Source of the DNA: Macrostomum lignano | Taxonomy: Eukaryota | Reading direction: 5' to 3' | NCBI GenBank assembly: GCA_002269645.1 | Contig: NIVC01005171.1 | Coordinates: 1 to 23,868, forward strand | DNA length: 23,868 nt | Shown here: positions 1 to 9,133 of the stretch, piece after piece | Numbering within the stretch: the stretch's first letter is position 1 | Layout: each line of letters opens with the position of its first letter | Translations under genes and position numbers: made by a program | The notes under the pieces: model-generated | What the model was told of the DNA's origin: nothing | Seen by the model: the letters and a program-made list of their open reading frames with translations, nothing else | Databases searched by the model: none

Positions 1-140
1 CCGTGCTTGCGAAAGTAAGGAAAATACGCCTCCGGCGTGTGCAGCGGATAGCCGTCCCGCAGGCTGCTCTGCTCGTGTGGGCCGCAGAAGGCGATAAATT
101 TGCCGGGAATGATCCAGTTCAGGTCGCCGTTCTCAACTTG
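1..140 (-). CDS. CDC14: CDC14 coding exon 5, truncated by the window edge ([46 protein letters not shown])
   Basis: ccatttcag|CAA acceptor at 141. VENGDLNWI and FIAFCGPH are hallmark CDC14 B-domain start motifs. In phase with exon 4. Confidence 0.97.
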
Positions 141-169
141 CTGAAATGGGTTGATTGCCGTACATTATT

Positions 170-675
170 GCACACTGACAGCGGTGACAGACTGGGATAG
201 AGCACACTGACAGCGGTGACAGACTGGGATAGAGCACACTGACAGCGGTGACAGACTGGGATAGAGCACACTGACAGCGGTGACAGACTGGGATAGAGCA
301 CACTGATAGCTGTGACAGACTGGGATAGAGCACACTGATAGCTGTGACAGACTGGGATAGAGCACACTGACAGCGGTGACAGACTGGGATAGAGCACACT
401 GACAGCGGTGACAGACTGGGATAGAGCACACTGATAGCTGTGACAGACTGGGATAGAGCACACTGACAGCGGTGACAGACTGGGATAGAGCACACTGATA
501 GCTGTGACAGACTGGGATAGAGCACACTGACAGCGGTGACAGACTGGGATAGAGCACACTGACAGCGGTGACAGACTGGGATAGAGCACACTGACAGCGG
601 TGACAGACTGGGATAGAGCACACTGACAGCGGTGACAGACTGTAGAGCACACTGATAGCTGTGACAGACTGGGAT
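170..675. repeat. 32-bp minisatellite, about 15-16 copies (gcacactgacagcggtgacagactgggataga), filling a CDC14 intron
   Basis: Period 32 read directly (gcggtgacag at 181 and 213). Two variants, ctgacagcgg and ctgatagctg. Confidence 0.97.
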
Positions 676-698
676 CGCCTCAAACGCGACTAACTTAC

Positions 699-908
699 CT
701 CATAGTGCTCGTATTCTTCAACGTTGAAATTTTCAAAGTTAAAAAAGCCGTGTAGAAGAGCTTTGCTAACCGCGTGCAGGCAGTCCAGCAGGGTCAAATT
801 GTACGTGCAAATGCCGTAGCTGGCGTCCCGGAACGGCAGATAGTGCAGGCCGGAGCCGCCAACCAGAGGCATGTAGGCCTCTTCCGGTGTTTTCTTCAGG
901 TAGATAAT
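699..908 (-). CDS. CDC14: CDC14 coding exon 4 ([32 protein letters not shown]...[10 protein letters not shown])
   Basis: tttag|ATT acceptor, GAG|GTAAGT donor, 210 nt, phase 0/0. Motifs [16 protein letters not shown] and EYEHYE. Overlaps track ORF 690..872. Confidence 0.97.
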
Positions 909-1422
909 CTAAATTAATTGCGTTAGGGTTTCGCAGTACTCAGCTGGATAGAAGTGTGGATTATGACTTGGGTTGCATAGCCAGCAGTTGAAATCTGATC
1001 ACTTCCTCCAAAAGGCCGAATAAGCAGTGAGAAATTTGATGAAGGACAGAGTGAACTGTATATACTTGTGGCTAGAAATTGGTTTACTTTTAAATTTCGA
1101 CCCGAAAGACATTCAAAAACGATCGATAAAAGCCTGTTTTAAACAAATATTTCTATCGGTATTTTTTGTGCCTGTAGAATATTAACAATACACAATATAT
1201 ATAGTATCTTCAACACTACAGCACAGACAAGAGAGCACTAGCGAGTTGGAACCGAACACTGGGAAGGGGGTGTGGCAGCTGTTTTCTTTCTGGCCATTCG
1301 GGAAGAAAGAAAGAATTGCAAAAGCAGACTAGAAGAACTAGGAGGCTACGGGAGCAGGAATGAACCACACGAGACCAGAGCAAGTATGAAAATTCAATAT
1401 CTCTAAAGTGTCATTTGCATAC

Positions 1423-1591
1423 CTGATAAGCTCCGACCAAGAAGGCAGCGTTAGCTCTCTTCTTAGGATTGACGCACGTGTAGTGCACTATTCGCTTCTT
1501 GGACAGGGAGAACGATTTGAACTTCTTGTTGAGCCTGCAGCAGTACTTGTACAGCATGGCCAGGTTGAGCGGCCCGAAATCTGCGTAGAAG
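1423..1591 (-). CDS. CDC14: CDC14 coding exon 3 ([56 protein letters not shown])
   Basis: catttcag|C acceptor, CAG|GTATG donor, 169 nt. Carries the diagnostic CDC14 A-domain motifs [10 protein letters not shown] and [10 protein letters not shown]. Not in the ORF track. Confidence 0.97.
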
Positions 1592-1707
1592 CTGAAATGC
1601 GGGGCGCATCGGGTGCACTAAAATACCACTAACCACCTGCAAGTTGCGATGCAAGCTACTATTGCATGCAGAAGCACAAATATCTGACAATGGCCTGGGT
1701 ATTGGCA

Positions 1708-1918
1708 GTAATAATATTTAATAACAATAATAACTTATTACACCTGCCCACCCTCAATTACCCCAGCTAATGCTGGCACCCATTTTACAGCTGGGTGAAC
1801 TGAAGCAATGCAGAGTCAAGTGTCTTGCTCAATTACACATTGTTCCAGTGGGAGCGGGAATCGAACCCCGACCTTAAAAGCTGTGAGTCTGACACTCTAA
1901 CCACTAGGCTGCAATCCC
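1708..1918 (-). mobile_element. tRNA-derived SINE with CORE-like central domain
   Basis: Minus strand A box-like tagtggttaga, B box GGTTCGATTCC (1867-1857), then ttgagcaagacacttgactctgcattgcttcagttcacccagctgtaaaatggg (1832-1779) resembling the MIR/CORE consensus, then a (TAT)-rich tail. Confidence 0.8.
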
Positions 1919-1965
1919 GAATCTTAAGAGCAATGGCAGTATAACTGAGGAAGTTGGGTAATGGC

Positions 1966-2192
1966 AATGTACTGATACCTGAGCAAGTGAGTAGCTGCAA
2001 TGTACTGATACCTGAGTAAGTGAGTAGCTGCAATGTACTGATACCTGAGTAAGTGAGTAGCTGCAATGTACTGATACCTGAGTAAGTGAGTAGCTGCAAT
2101 GTACTGATACCTGAGTAAGTGAGTAGCTGCAATGTACTGATACCTGAGTAAGTGAGTAGCTGCAATGTACTGATACCTGAGTAAGTGAGTAG
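1966..2192. repeat. 33-bp minisatellite, about 7 copies (gcaatgtactgatacctgagtaagtgagtagct)
   Basis: Period 33, giving the 11-aa repeat in track ORF 1833..2165. Lies in a CDC14 intron. Confidence 0.95.
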
Positions 2193-2233
2193 TCGCAGTC
2201 TACTAATTGTTAATGCTGACTAAATTTACTTAC

Positions 2234-2324
2234 TTGGCATACACCAGCTCATCATCAATGGAGAAGTAATGTGTGCTGTTGGTGCTCTTTGGAGTTGTCT
2301 GCAGAGTAGCAAAGTAAAATCGAT
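2234..2324 (-). CDS. CDC14: CDC14 coding exon 2 ([31 protein letters not shown])
   Basis: tttttag|AT acceptor, AA|GTAAGT donor, 91 nt, phase 1 to 2. Matches CDC14 DRLYFATLR..PKST..THYFSIDEELVYEN. Confidence 0.95.
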
Positions 2325-3678
2325 CTAAAAATGTAAAATAAGATTAGCAAATCAGTTAGACAATTCAAAATACTTTCAAAATAATAAATTTCTTAAAAGT
2401 ACTCGCCTATAGACATTCAAAAGCTAAGCAAATTTATTAAAATATCTGAAATATCCGATCTTTTTGGCTATTTGAAACAAAAAATTATTGTTGAATAACT
2501 CTATTGTTTCTTTAAAGGGGCTAAGGTTACTAATATTAAACTAAAGATAACAATCATAAGCCAATATATAGTAAAGGATTTTAGTATATAGGATATTTAG
2601 ATTAGAATTTTTTATTTTAATAAAAGTTTTATTGCTATTTTCCTAATTATTAAACTATTAGATAGCAATTTATAATTCACTAGTATAAAAAATATATACA
2701 AAGCAATTAATTGCAAATGTTTATAAAAATGCACATGCTAATAACAATGTCACAGTTAATTTTTTCATTTATAATCACTATAACTATAACTATTAAGCAG
2801 CAAGCCTATTTCTTATAGATAAGATATATATAGAAAAATAGCAAATAGCTTTCATAAGACCATAAAAAGTAGATACATATTGAAATGAGTAGCTTAATGA
2901 TAAAAGTATATATTCACAATCTACATTGATTAAGGCTCTAGCTTATCTAGTTGTCTCTAATTTAAATTCTTTAAAAGCAAAATATAACTCTAATATTTTA
3001 AACCAAATTTTTATGCTAAAAGACAATTTAATAATAGACAATTTGGTAATGGATAATTCAGTGACACTCAAACAAAGATAGTTTTTTTTAATTTTTAATC
3101 ATATGTTTTAAAAGGCTTTTGTCAATTTTATATTGCCTAACTCTCATAAAACTTGGTCTCAACCAATAAATGAATATAATTATGGCTAATTTTAAAGTAT
3201 TATATTTAAAATATAATGTTCTAGGCATTGTTTATTATTAAAATGACAATTTTATTGTTTAATTTATTAATTATATAGAATAGAATAAGGCTAAAGAGTT
3301 GCAACAAGCAATATAAAAATATAAGGTACAATTTGAACTTTCATCACAATGCCATAGGGCACTAGGTTTTTTTGTGCAATAAGGATGCCAAATCATATCT
3401 TAAAATTAGACCTTGGATATTATTTTGCATTCTAGTTTGCATTTGCATTCAGATAGGGTATATTTTCCTTTTATATAATTTATTTGTCTAATATATTAAT
3501 AAATTCTATTATTACCAAATGTTTAATCCTTTAAATACTTGTCATTAGATTTATCACATACTCATATATCTTATATTACATACTATTAATATATATCTAA
3601 ATTTATAGCATAAATAACATGATATAGACTTAAGCTTAATACTTAGCCAACTAAGCCATATGGTAATTGGTTGTTTTA

Positions 3679-3770
3679 CCCCTAAACCATTTTGGCCTTA
3701 TGTTTTGCCCCTAGACCATTTTGCCCATAGACAATTTTGCCCATAGACCATTTTGCTCCTAAGCCAATTT
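3679..3770. repeat. Degenerate ~17-bp tandem repeat, about 5 copies (ccattttgccc[c/a]taga)
   Basis: Repeated attttgccc/tagacc units visible. Confidence 0.7.
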
Positions 3771-4105
3771 AGTCACAATAGTTTAGCCAAGGTTGAGGCA
3801 AATGCCTAGACTTGCAGAAAGTTGACAGATTTTTTTCTTGAAACTTTTTATGAAATGCTATATGTCTTTAGATTATCATTAGCAAATTTATTATTAATTT
3901 CAATCACAACTCACAAATTGTATTATAATTATAAAGAAAAATGGCTTTGATTATTATGTAGTTTATTGCAAGTATGCTCCTAGAAAAATAATAACATTAA
4001 CAATACTTTTATGATCGAGCAGCAAATTGTACTTGTGTCGCAGCATTTATATCATATTAGACCTAAAGTGCAGGTTATAAATGACAATTTGAATTTTACA
4101 CTTAC

Positions 4106-4178
4106 CTTTTATAATTTCAGCTGCACTGACAACTACTGATGACAAAGATTCGTCATCATTAAAGATTCCTTCTTTCAT
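4106..4178 (-). CDS. CDC14: CDC14 phosphatase, first coding exon (MKEGIFNDDESLSSVVVSAAEIIK); exon acceptor at 4215, ATG 4178-4176
   Basis: Minus strand ttttacag|GGGG acceptor and AAAG|GTAAG donor at 4105. SAAEIIK|D aligns with the CDC14 N-terminal motif (A)CEFMKDRLYF. Phase 1 joins the next exon. Use of this ATG as the start is inferred. Confidence 0.8.
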
Positions 4179-5184
4179 CGAAAACTCTCTTGTTGGTCGA
4201 ACCTGCTTAACCCCCTGTAAAATTTATACAAGAAGTCTTAAAAATCTAAATAAATTTAATTGTCTTTTAATAAAATCTGCATGAAATCGGCAGTGCAGGT
4301 GCAAACTACAAAATGTTAGTAGGAATGAATAAATATAATACAATATATGTTATATATCTAAATATATATATCTTCGACTTAAGACTTATTCTCTAGCTCT
4401 AGACCATATACATCAATTACAATCTCTTTAATTCTAAATTTGAAACAAATTTAAATTTTGCGAAAATAGGAACATCGGCGTCCAAAGCGATAATTGAAGT
4501 ATAACAATTTAACTTTTTCATTAGACTAATCCATATACTAAAAATAGAGCTACTAAAAAAGCCGATAGCTTTTTGCTTATTTATATATTCCTTACAGATT
4601 GTGTTGGTTCTGTGATGAATAGTACGCAAAGCATATGTACGTGTGTGCATTTCTGCTCTTCTAACTCCTTGGTTTTTGGATTTGACGAAAAAGAAACCGA
4701 CTGGATGGTGTTGAAATTCAATTTATTTAATATATCTTTGTAGTGACAAACCTGAAAAACCAGCAAATCTCATTCTTCTGTATTCTTCTGTTTCTACATA
4801 TATAATATTCATATGAAGTTACTTATTGTTGTAGATGCATGTCGATACACATGATATATGTGCACATGCGCAGCAAAAGACGAAAGTAAATAGATTTGAG
4901 TTTTCTTTGGTCCGTACATGTAATAAAGGATGATTAGTATAACGTATATACTTACTTAAAGTAGTCCTTCATGCTGTGATACCGTACCGCGGATATATGT
5001 GCATTAAATTCCAAAACATATATACGTGGTCCTTGTCGCAAGCTTGCGTAAATCGATGCATTATACGCAGGTAGTCACAGGTAAGCTACGACTCGTCTCA
5101 ATGTTGTAGTGTCTCTGTCTATTAGAACTCGCAATGCAGCAACACTTCGCGAGAATTTTTTCTATGGTACTTACTTTTGCGAAA

Positions 5185-5430
5185 TCGCCCATCATAAACC
5201 CGAAATATCACAAACTCGAAATATCATAACTCCGAAAGTTCTAGCAATGTCCAACCCTATTTTGGCTTTCGGAGTTGTGATTTTTCGGGTTTATGATATT
5301 TCGGGTTTATGATGGGCGTTGCTAACACTTTCGGAGTTATGATGATATTTCGGGTTTGTGATTTTTCAGCGCTAATGAGCAATGCTATTTTGGCTTTCGG
5401 AGTTGTGATTTTTCGGGTTTATGATGGCGA
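5185..5430. repeat. Foldback/MITE-like cluster of inverted and direct repeats
   Basis: Perfect 24-bp inverted repeat 5186-5209 / 5295-5318, perfect 41-bp direct repeat 5257-5297 / 5385-5425, built from ~15-bp subunits (atttcgggtttatga). Confidence 0.8.
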
Positions 5431-5541
5431 CCCCACTCGTCCAACCCCTCCTTTCTTCTCCACTCAACCCCCTTTAGTTGAATTTACTCGTTACCCGTAT
5501 AACCGTTTGGGCCCTGCGCCCCACTTACCAACCGTTTCTTC

Positions 5542-5782
5542 GCTCGCACGGACGTATTCAGCATGCCAGTGAAGTATGAGACAGACCAGGCCTATGGGCT
5601 AAGGTCTGCGATGCTCCACGCCTGCCCCTATCTTCAGCAGGTAAAGGCTGGTGGGAGGTCTGCACCCTCTATTTGCCGCTGGCAGCCGCAGACCCCTTCC
5701 CACGTAGTTTCGCAAGCCGACCCAGGGGTACCCGTCCCCGCGAGTGTTCAAGGCAGACCCTAGGGCTGCCGGACTGACTAGG
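5542..5782 (+). ncRNA. Putative HDV-like self-cleaving ribozyme at the LINE 5' end
   Basis: P1 5542-5547/5740-5745 with G.U at position 1; P2 5721-5725/5778-5782 (one mismatch); P3 GGG 5726-5728/CCC 5736-5738; L3 TACCCGT; P1.1 A5730-T5747 and C5731-G5746; P4 5752-5770; J4/2 C5774-T-G-A. Manual fold only. Confidence 0.7.
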
Positions 5783-6057
5783 CTCCGGCGCTGGGAACCC
5801 ATCTAGTGGCTTTTGCCGAACTAGGGTATGCAGGTTTGGCTCGCCAGTCCGCAGGCCGTGGTACTGCTCAACGTACCCTCTAATGCCTAAGGTGTTCGAC
5901 CGTGCCGAGGGTTGGAAGGCCGGGGAGTAGTCCGGTCGCTAGCGGTCCCCCTCCTGGTGTCGGGCCAGCCTTGAGGGTTCTTTTGGCCTACTTCCGGTCA
6001 GGTGGAGCAGCCGGGTGGGTACCGCTCCCCTTTGAGGGTAGCCTACCAACCTTTATC

Positions 6058-6970
6058 ATGGCCTTCGAGCCGACTATGGATAATCAAGCTAATTCTAGGG
6101 ACGGGGACCCTTCTAAACCCCAACCTCAGTCCGACGGACCGGCCGGCCCTGCTGGCAGATCCCAACCGACTGATTCAACTGTGGCAAAGGGAGGACCGGC
6201 TGGCTCTGCTGGCAGATCCGACCAGAGAGCTACCAAAACCAAAGTACCCAAAGACCTGCCAGCTCTACTGGTGGATCTAAGGGAACCGCGGGCTCTGAAC
6301 CTAAAGGACCGGCCAAATCTGGCAGATCCGACGAAGCTCAGCGGGCTCGGCTTGAGCGCAAACGCGCTAAGCAACGCGCCAAAAGGCAGGCCAAGAAGGG
6401 AGCCGCGGGGGCCAAAGTGGCGGCGTCCACCATGGATGCTGAAGCGACTGGCGTCCCAAGGCAACCAGACGGGCCGGCCGGTGGAAGCTCCAGTAGTTCG
6501 CCAGGGCGCTCCCTGGAGATGCTGCTGCGGCTGCTGAGGCCGAAACCATGGCGCAACAAATAGCCACTGCCAACAAGGAGGTTCCTTCGGGAGCTACCTT
6601 TGCGGCGAAGGCCAAGGCCAAAATCCCGGGAGTGATCATTCAAGGTCGCGACCAGGACTGGACCACTGGTCAGCTTCAAAATGTGTGGAGTGCTATTGAC
6701 TCCTATCTGATTGAGCTGACTGTCGAGGAGGGAATCTCCATTGGCATTGAGCGGATGGTGCTGCGAAGCACATTCGTTCTTATTGCTCCCAGCAGTGAGG
6801 AGGACGCTCAGCAGCTGCTCCAGCGGCTGACGACGGTCTCCTTGGATGCTGACCTCGGTGGAGCCCTTTTTCTTCGCGAAGGCCAGCGTCCAAAGAGTCC
6901 CTACGTGGTTTTTGTCCCCGCAAAGAGCACCGCAGCTGGACAAACGTTATCCTGGCTGTGTCATCGACTC
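6058..6970 (+). pseudogene. LINE ORF1-like coding region, frameshifted near 6250 and near 6510
   Basis: Pro/Gly/Ser-rich repeats (GPAGSAGRS x3), a basic stretch AQRARLERKRAKQRAKRQAKK in frame 3, then a globular part TFAAKAK...PKSPYVVFVP in track ORF 6548..7285. DUF4780-like by recollection only. Confidence 0.6.
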
Positions 6971-7244
6971 GCGAATCAAAGCGTGGATCAGGACCCAGCA
7001 CCGCTCGACTTGGGCGAACTACACTACCTGCATGCAATCCAGAGGCACTGTCCCTCAGCCCTCTCACCAGCTCCGGAAGCTCGTCCTGCGCCTCTCGAGC
7101 AGCGACATCCGGGCTGCCACCATGACCCTCTCAGGTCACGGCTGCTTCTGTCAGCATCTGTCCCGCCTTTACGCGAGCCAGACTCACTTACCTCGGGCCA
7201 CACACATCTATTACTGAAGCGTGCAAACCCGAAAACTTTAATTA
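6970..7244 (+). pseudogene. LINE ORF2 C-terminal remnant, zinc-knuckle cysteines missing
   Basis: RIKAWIRTQHRSTW...LVLRLSSSDIRAATMTLSGHGCFCQHLSRL resembles the conserved W..LSR.....LTGH...HL segment that precedes the CCHC finger in R1/LOA/I-group ORF2. RLTYLG follows in a shifted frame. Confidence 0.65.
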
Positions 7245-8037
7245 GCTCATGCGCTACATGTACCTCTGGGCCCCCGCAGGGCTGAACTCTCCTTTCCAGA
7301 GAGCACCATAGCTGCTGGCGACAGTAGGGGACCTCCCTGGGCGGCGCCAACCCTTCGTCCATAGCGACGCATCGGCCGTTTAGGGATTAGCGGAATGGGC
7401 GTTCGTGCCTTCCCGCTGTGTCCCCCCGGGACAGCCCTGCAGCTACGTCAAGTAAGACCGTTTCTTCAATTCTAGCTAAATAACACTATAGCTAATTTCT
7501 ATTATTTTTCTCTCGAATTACGCTGCTTCTACAGAAGATACTAGCTGCGTGCCGAACATTTTTCCTTTCCAGGCTCAAATTATTCAATGACCTGTACAGA
7601 TTTCATCAATTGTAAGTAGAAGCACTTACCCTCTCAGATTCAGGCTATCAATCTTTGGCTTATTATAGTTCTCAGCTGTGGCCTTGACATCAGGGTGATT
7701 ACTCAAAGCCTGAAGACAGTCTCTCTGTAGATGCCTAACACTCGGGGAATTGCTGATTTTGTTATTATAGTCTGCAGGAACTTGTAGGAAGCAGGATGGA
7801 CTGTGGTGCTGCAGAAGGCATGAAGATGCGAGTATCTCACTAAAATACGCCAGATTTTCATTTTTTAAGTTCGAAAGCCTTATTAGCTGCTCAATAAGAC
7901 AATTTAGCTTTGCAAAAACAGCCTCTTCAGCTGAGGTGTCCGAATCTTTGTAGCTCTTGGCTTACAGCCTAGCTGGCATTGGAATGACATGTCTTCAAAA
8001 AGGAAGCCGAGTGTCACTCACTGTGGTGAGCGAAGCC

Positions 8038-8111
8038 AAGGACCACTAGAAGTTACCGTTGTGAGTTACAAAATCGGTCGTGAGTTACAACGGTAACTTC
8101 TAGTGGTCCTT
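8038..8111. repeat. Perfect 25-bp inverted repeat with 24-nt spacer (74-nt hairpin)
   Basis: aaggaccactagaagttaccgttgt (8038-8062) is the exact reverse complement of 8087-8111. Confidence 0.95.
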
Positions 8112-8872
8112 TAGCGAAGCAACAACCAAAGAGGCTTCCTGGAACTGCGTAACATGAAAAATCGACCTATAAAAAACGACCTATACTCTCGTATACGAGC
8201 TAAGCATAATTATCGATAGTATTTTATAATTAACAAAGCAATTTAAGCAATCAAAAGCAGGTGCATGTATACATGTAGATCTAGAAGCGGGTAAACCATC
8301 TCGATGGTTGCTTTGAGATGAGTTGGAATCAGTGACCAAATTCGGCTGGCCTTCTGTTAGCTAACCAAACCCCGGGCCAATGTTACACACACCCACGCAA
8401 GCCCACATATTCAGCTGAAGTGGCCGGCCCGTCTCCCTTCGAATCAGTTTAGGACTGTATCGACTGTTTGCCCACTGCGCCCATCCCCTCATAAGTCAAC
8501 TGATCGCGTTAGATTGGCCCATGGCCCAGGCCCAAGATGCCATTTTATAATCGGCCCTCCGTGGCCACGATTCTTCCTCTCCCACTTACCTGCCCGAGCC
8601 TCAGTCAAGGTCAGAGCCGTCTAATAATTATTGCCTGTCAGGTTCTTTGGAAATTCAATCAGCTCTCCGGTTTTAGGTCACCACCGTAAGTTGTATTTTA
8701 ACCTCTTCTGGGCCAGGGTCCAACTCTTACCTGCTGGTGCACCTTGCAATCTGGGTCAATCGAACATGCACACCAGTCATTCGAGTCGTTTAGGACTTAT
8801 GATTGTACGTGTATACAACATCTCACCTGTTTCCACCAACCCACAAAAAATCCAGAAGTGATTGCGCAAGTC

Positions 8873-9133
8873 ATGCACCCAGTCTCTGCCGTTGCCTCGT
8901 CCGCCATCCTGACTGTCAGCTACCTGGCCCTGCTGATCTGCTCCGCTGTCGCTGGCATCACCGCTGATTCGACGATCGACGCCACTCGCCGATCCTGGGA
9001 TGACGGGCCCGGCCTGTCGCTTCGGTCGGCGGACTTCGACATGACTTCCGGCTATCCGGCCATCGGCAAACGCCAGCCGCTGTCCGCTTTGCCCACTACT
9101 ACGTCGACCACGACATCGACGAGGTTGGCATGA
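8873..9133 (+). CDS. Putative secreted neuropeptide/prohormone precursor, 86 aa
   Basis: Hydrophobic N-terminus ending SAVAG, RR at residues 39-40, amidation/cleavage motif PAI-G-KR, high GC3. Candidate 5' UTR intron GTAAGT 8686 to tccAG 8855. Confidence 0.5.
   Translation: MHPVSAVASSAILTVSYLALLICSAVAGITADSTIDATRRSWDDGPGLSLRSADFDMTSGYPAIGKRQPLSALPTTTSTTTSTRLA

Larger units (their letters stand above)
5542..7456 (+). mobile_element. Internally deleted non-LTR retrotransposon (LINE; R1/LOA-like group inferred), 1,915 bp, both termini present
   Basis: Exact 11-bp TSD accgtttcttc at 5531-5541 and 7457-7467. Frameshifted ORF1-like region, a fragment resembling the LINE ORF2 C-terminus, a 3' stem-loop (7415-7435) and a short caagtaag tail. 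Clade assignment is from recalled motifs, not a search. Confidence 0.8.

Noticed and set aside
119-683. Track ORFs of 162-177 aa
   Set aside because: Translations of the 32-bp intronic repeat cycling through three frames.
1850-1918. Functional tRNA gene
   Set aside because: A and B boxes are present, but I could not build a full cloverleaf and the sequence runs into a SINE body and tail.
1703-1942. tggcagta as a SINE target-site duplication
   Set aside because: The right copy is about 17 nt from the inferred SINE 5' end, so it does not abut the element.
5697-5705. ttcccacgt as the ribozyme L3 loop
   Set aside because: No flanking P3/P1 pairing; it instead pairs with gtggga (5651-5656) inside J1/2.
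5902-6537. Standalone 211-aa gene
   Set aside because: Part of the frameshifted LINE ORF1 region; the basic segment and globular domain lie in other frames.
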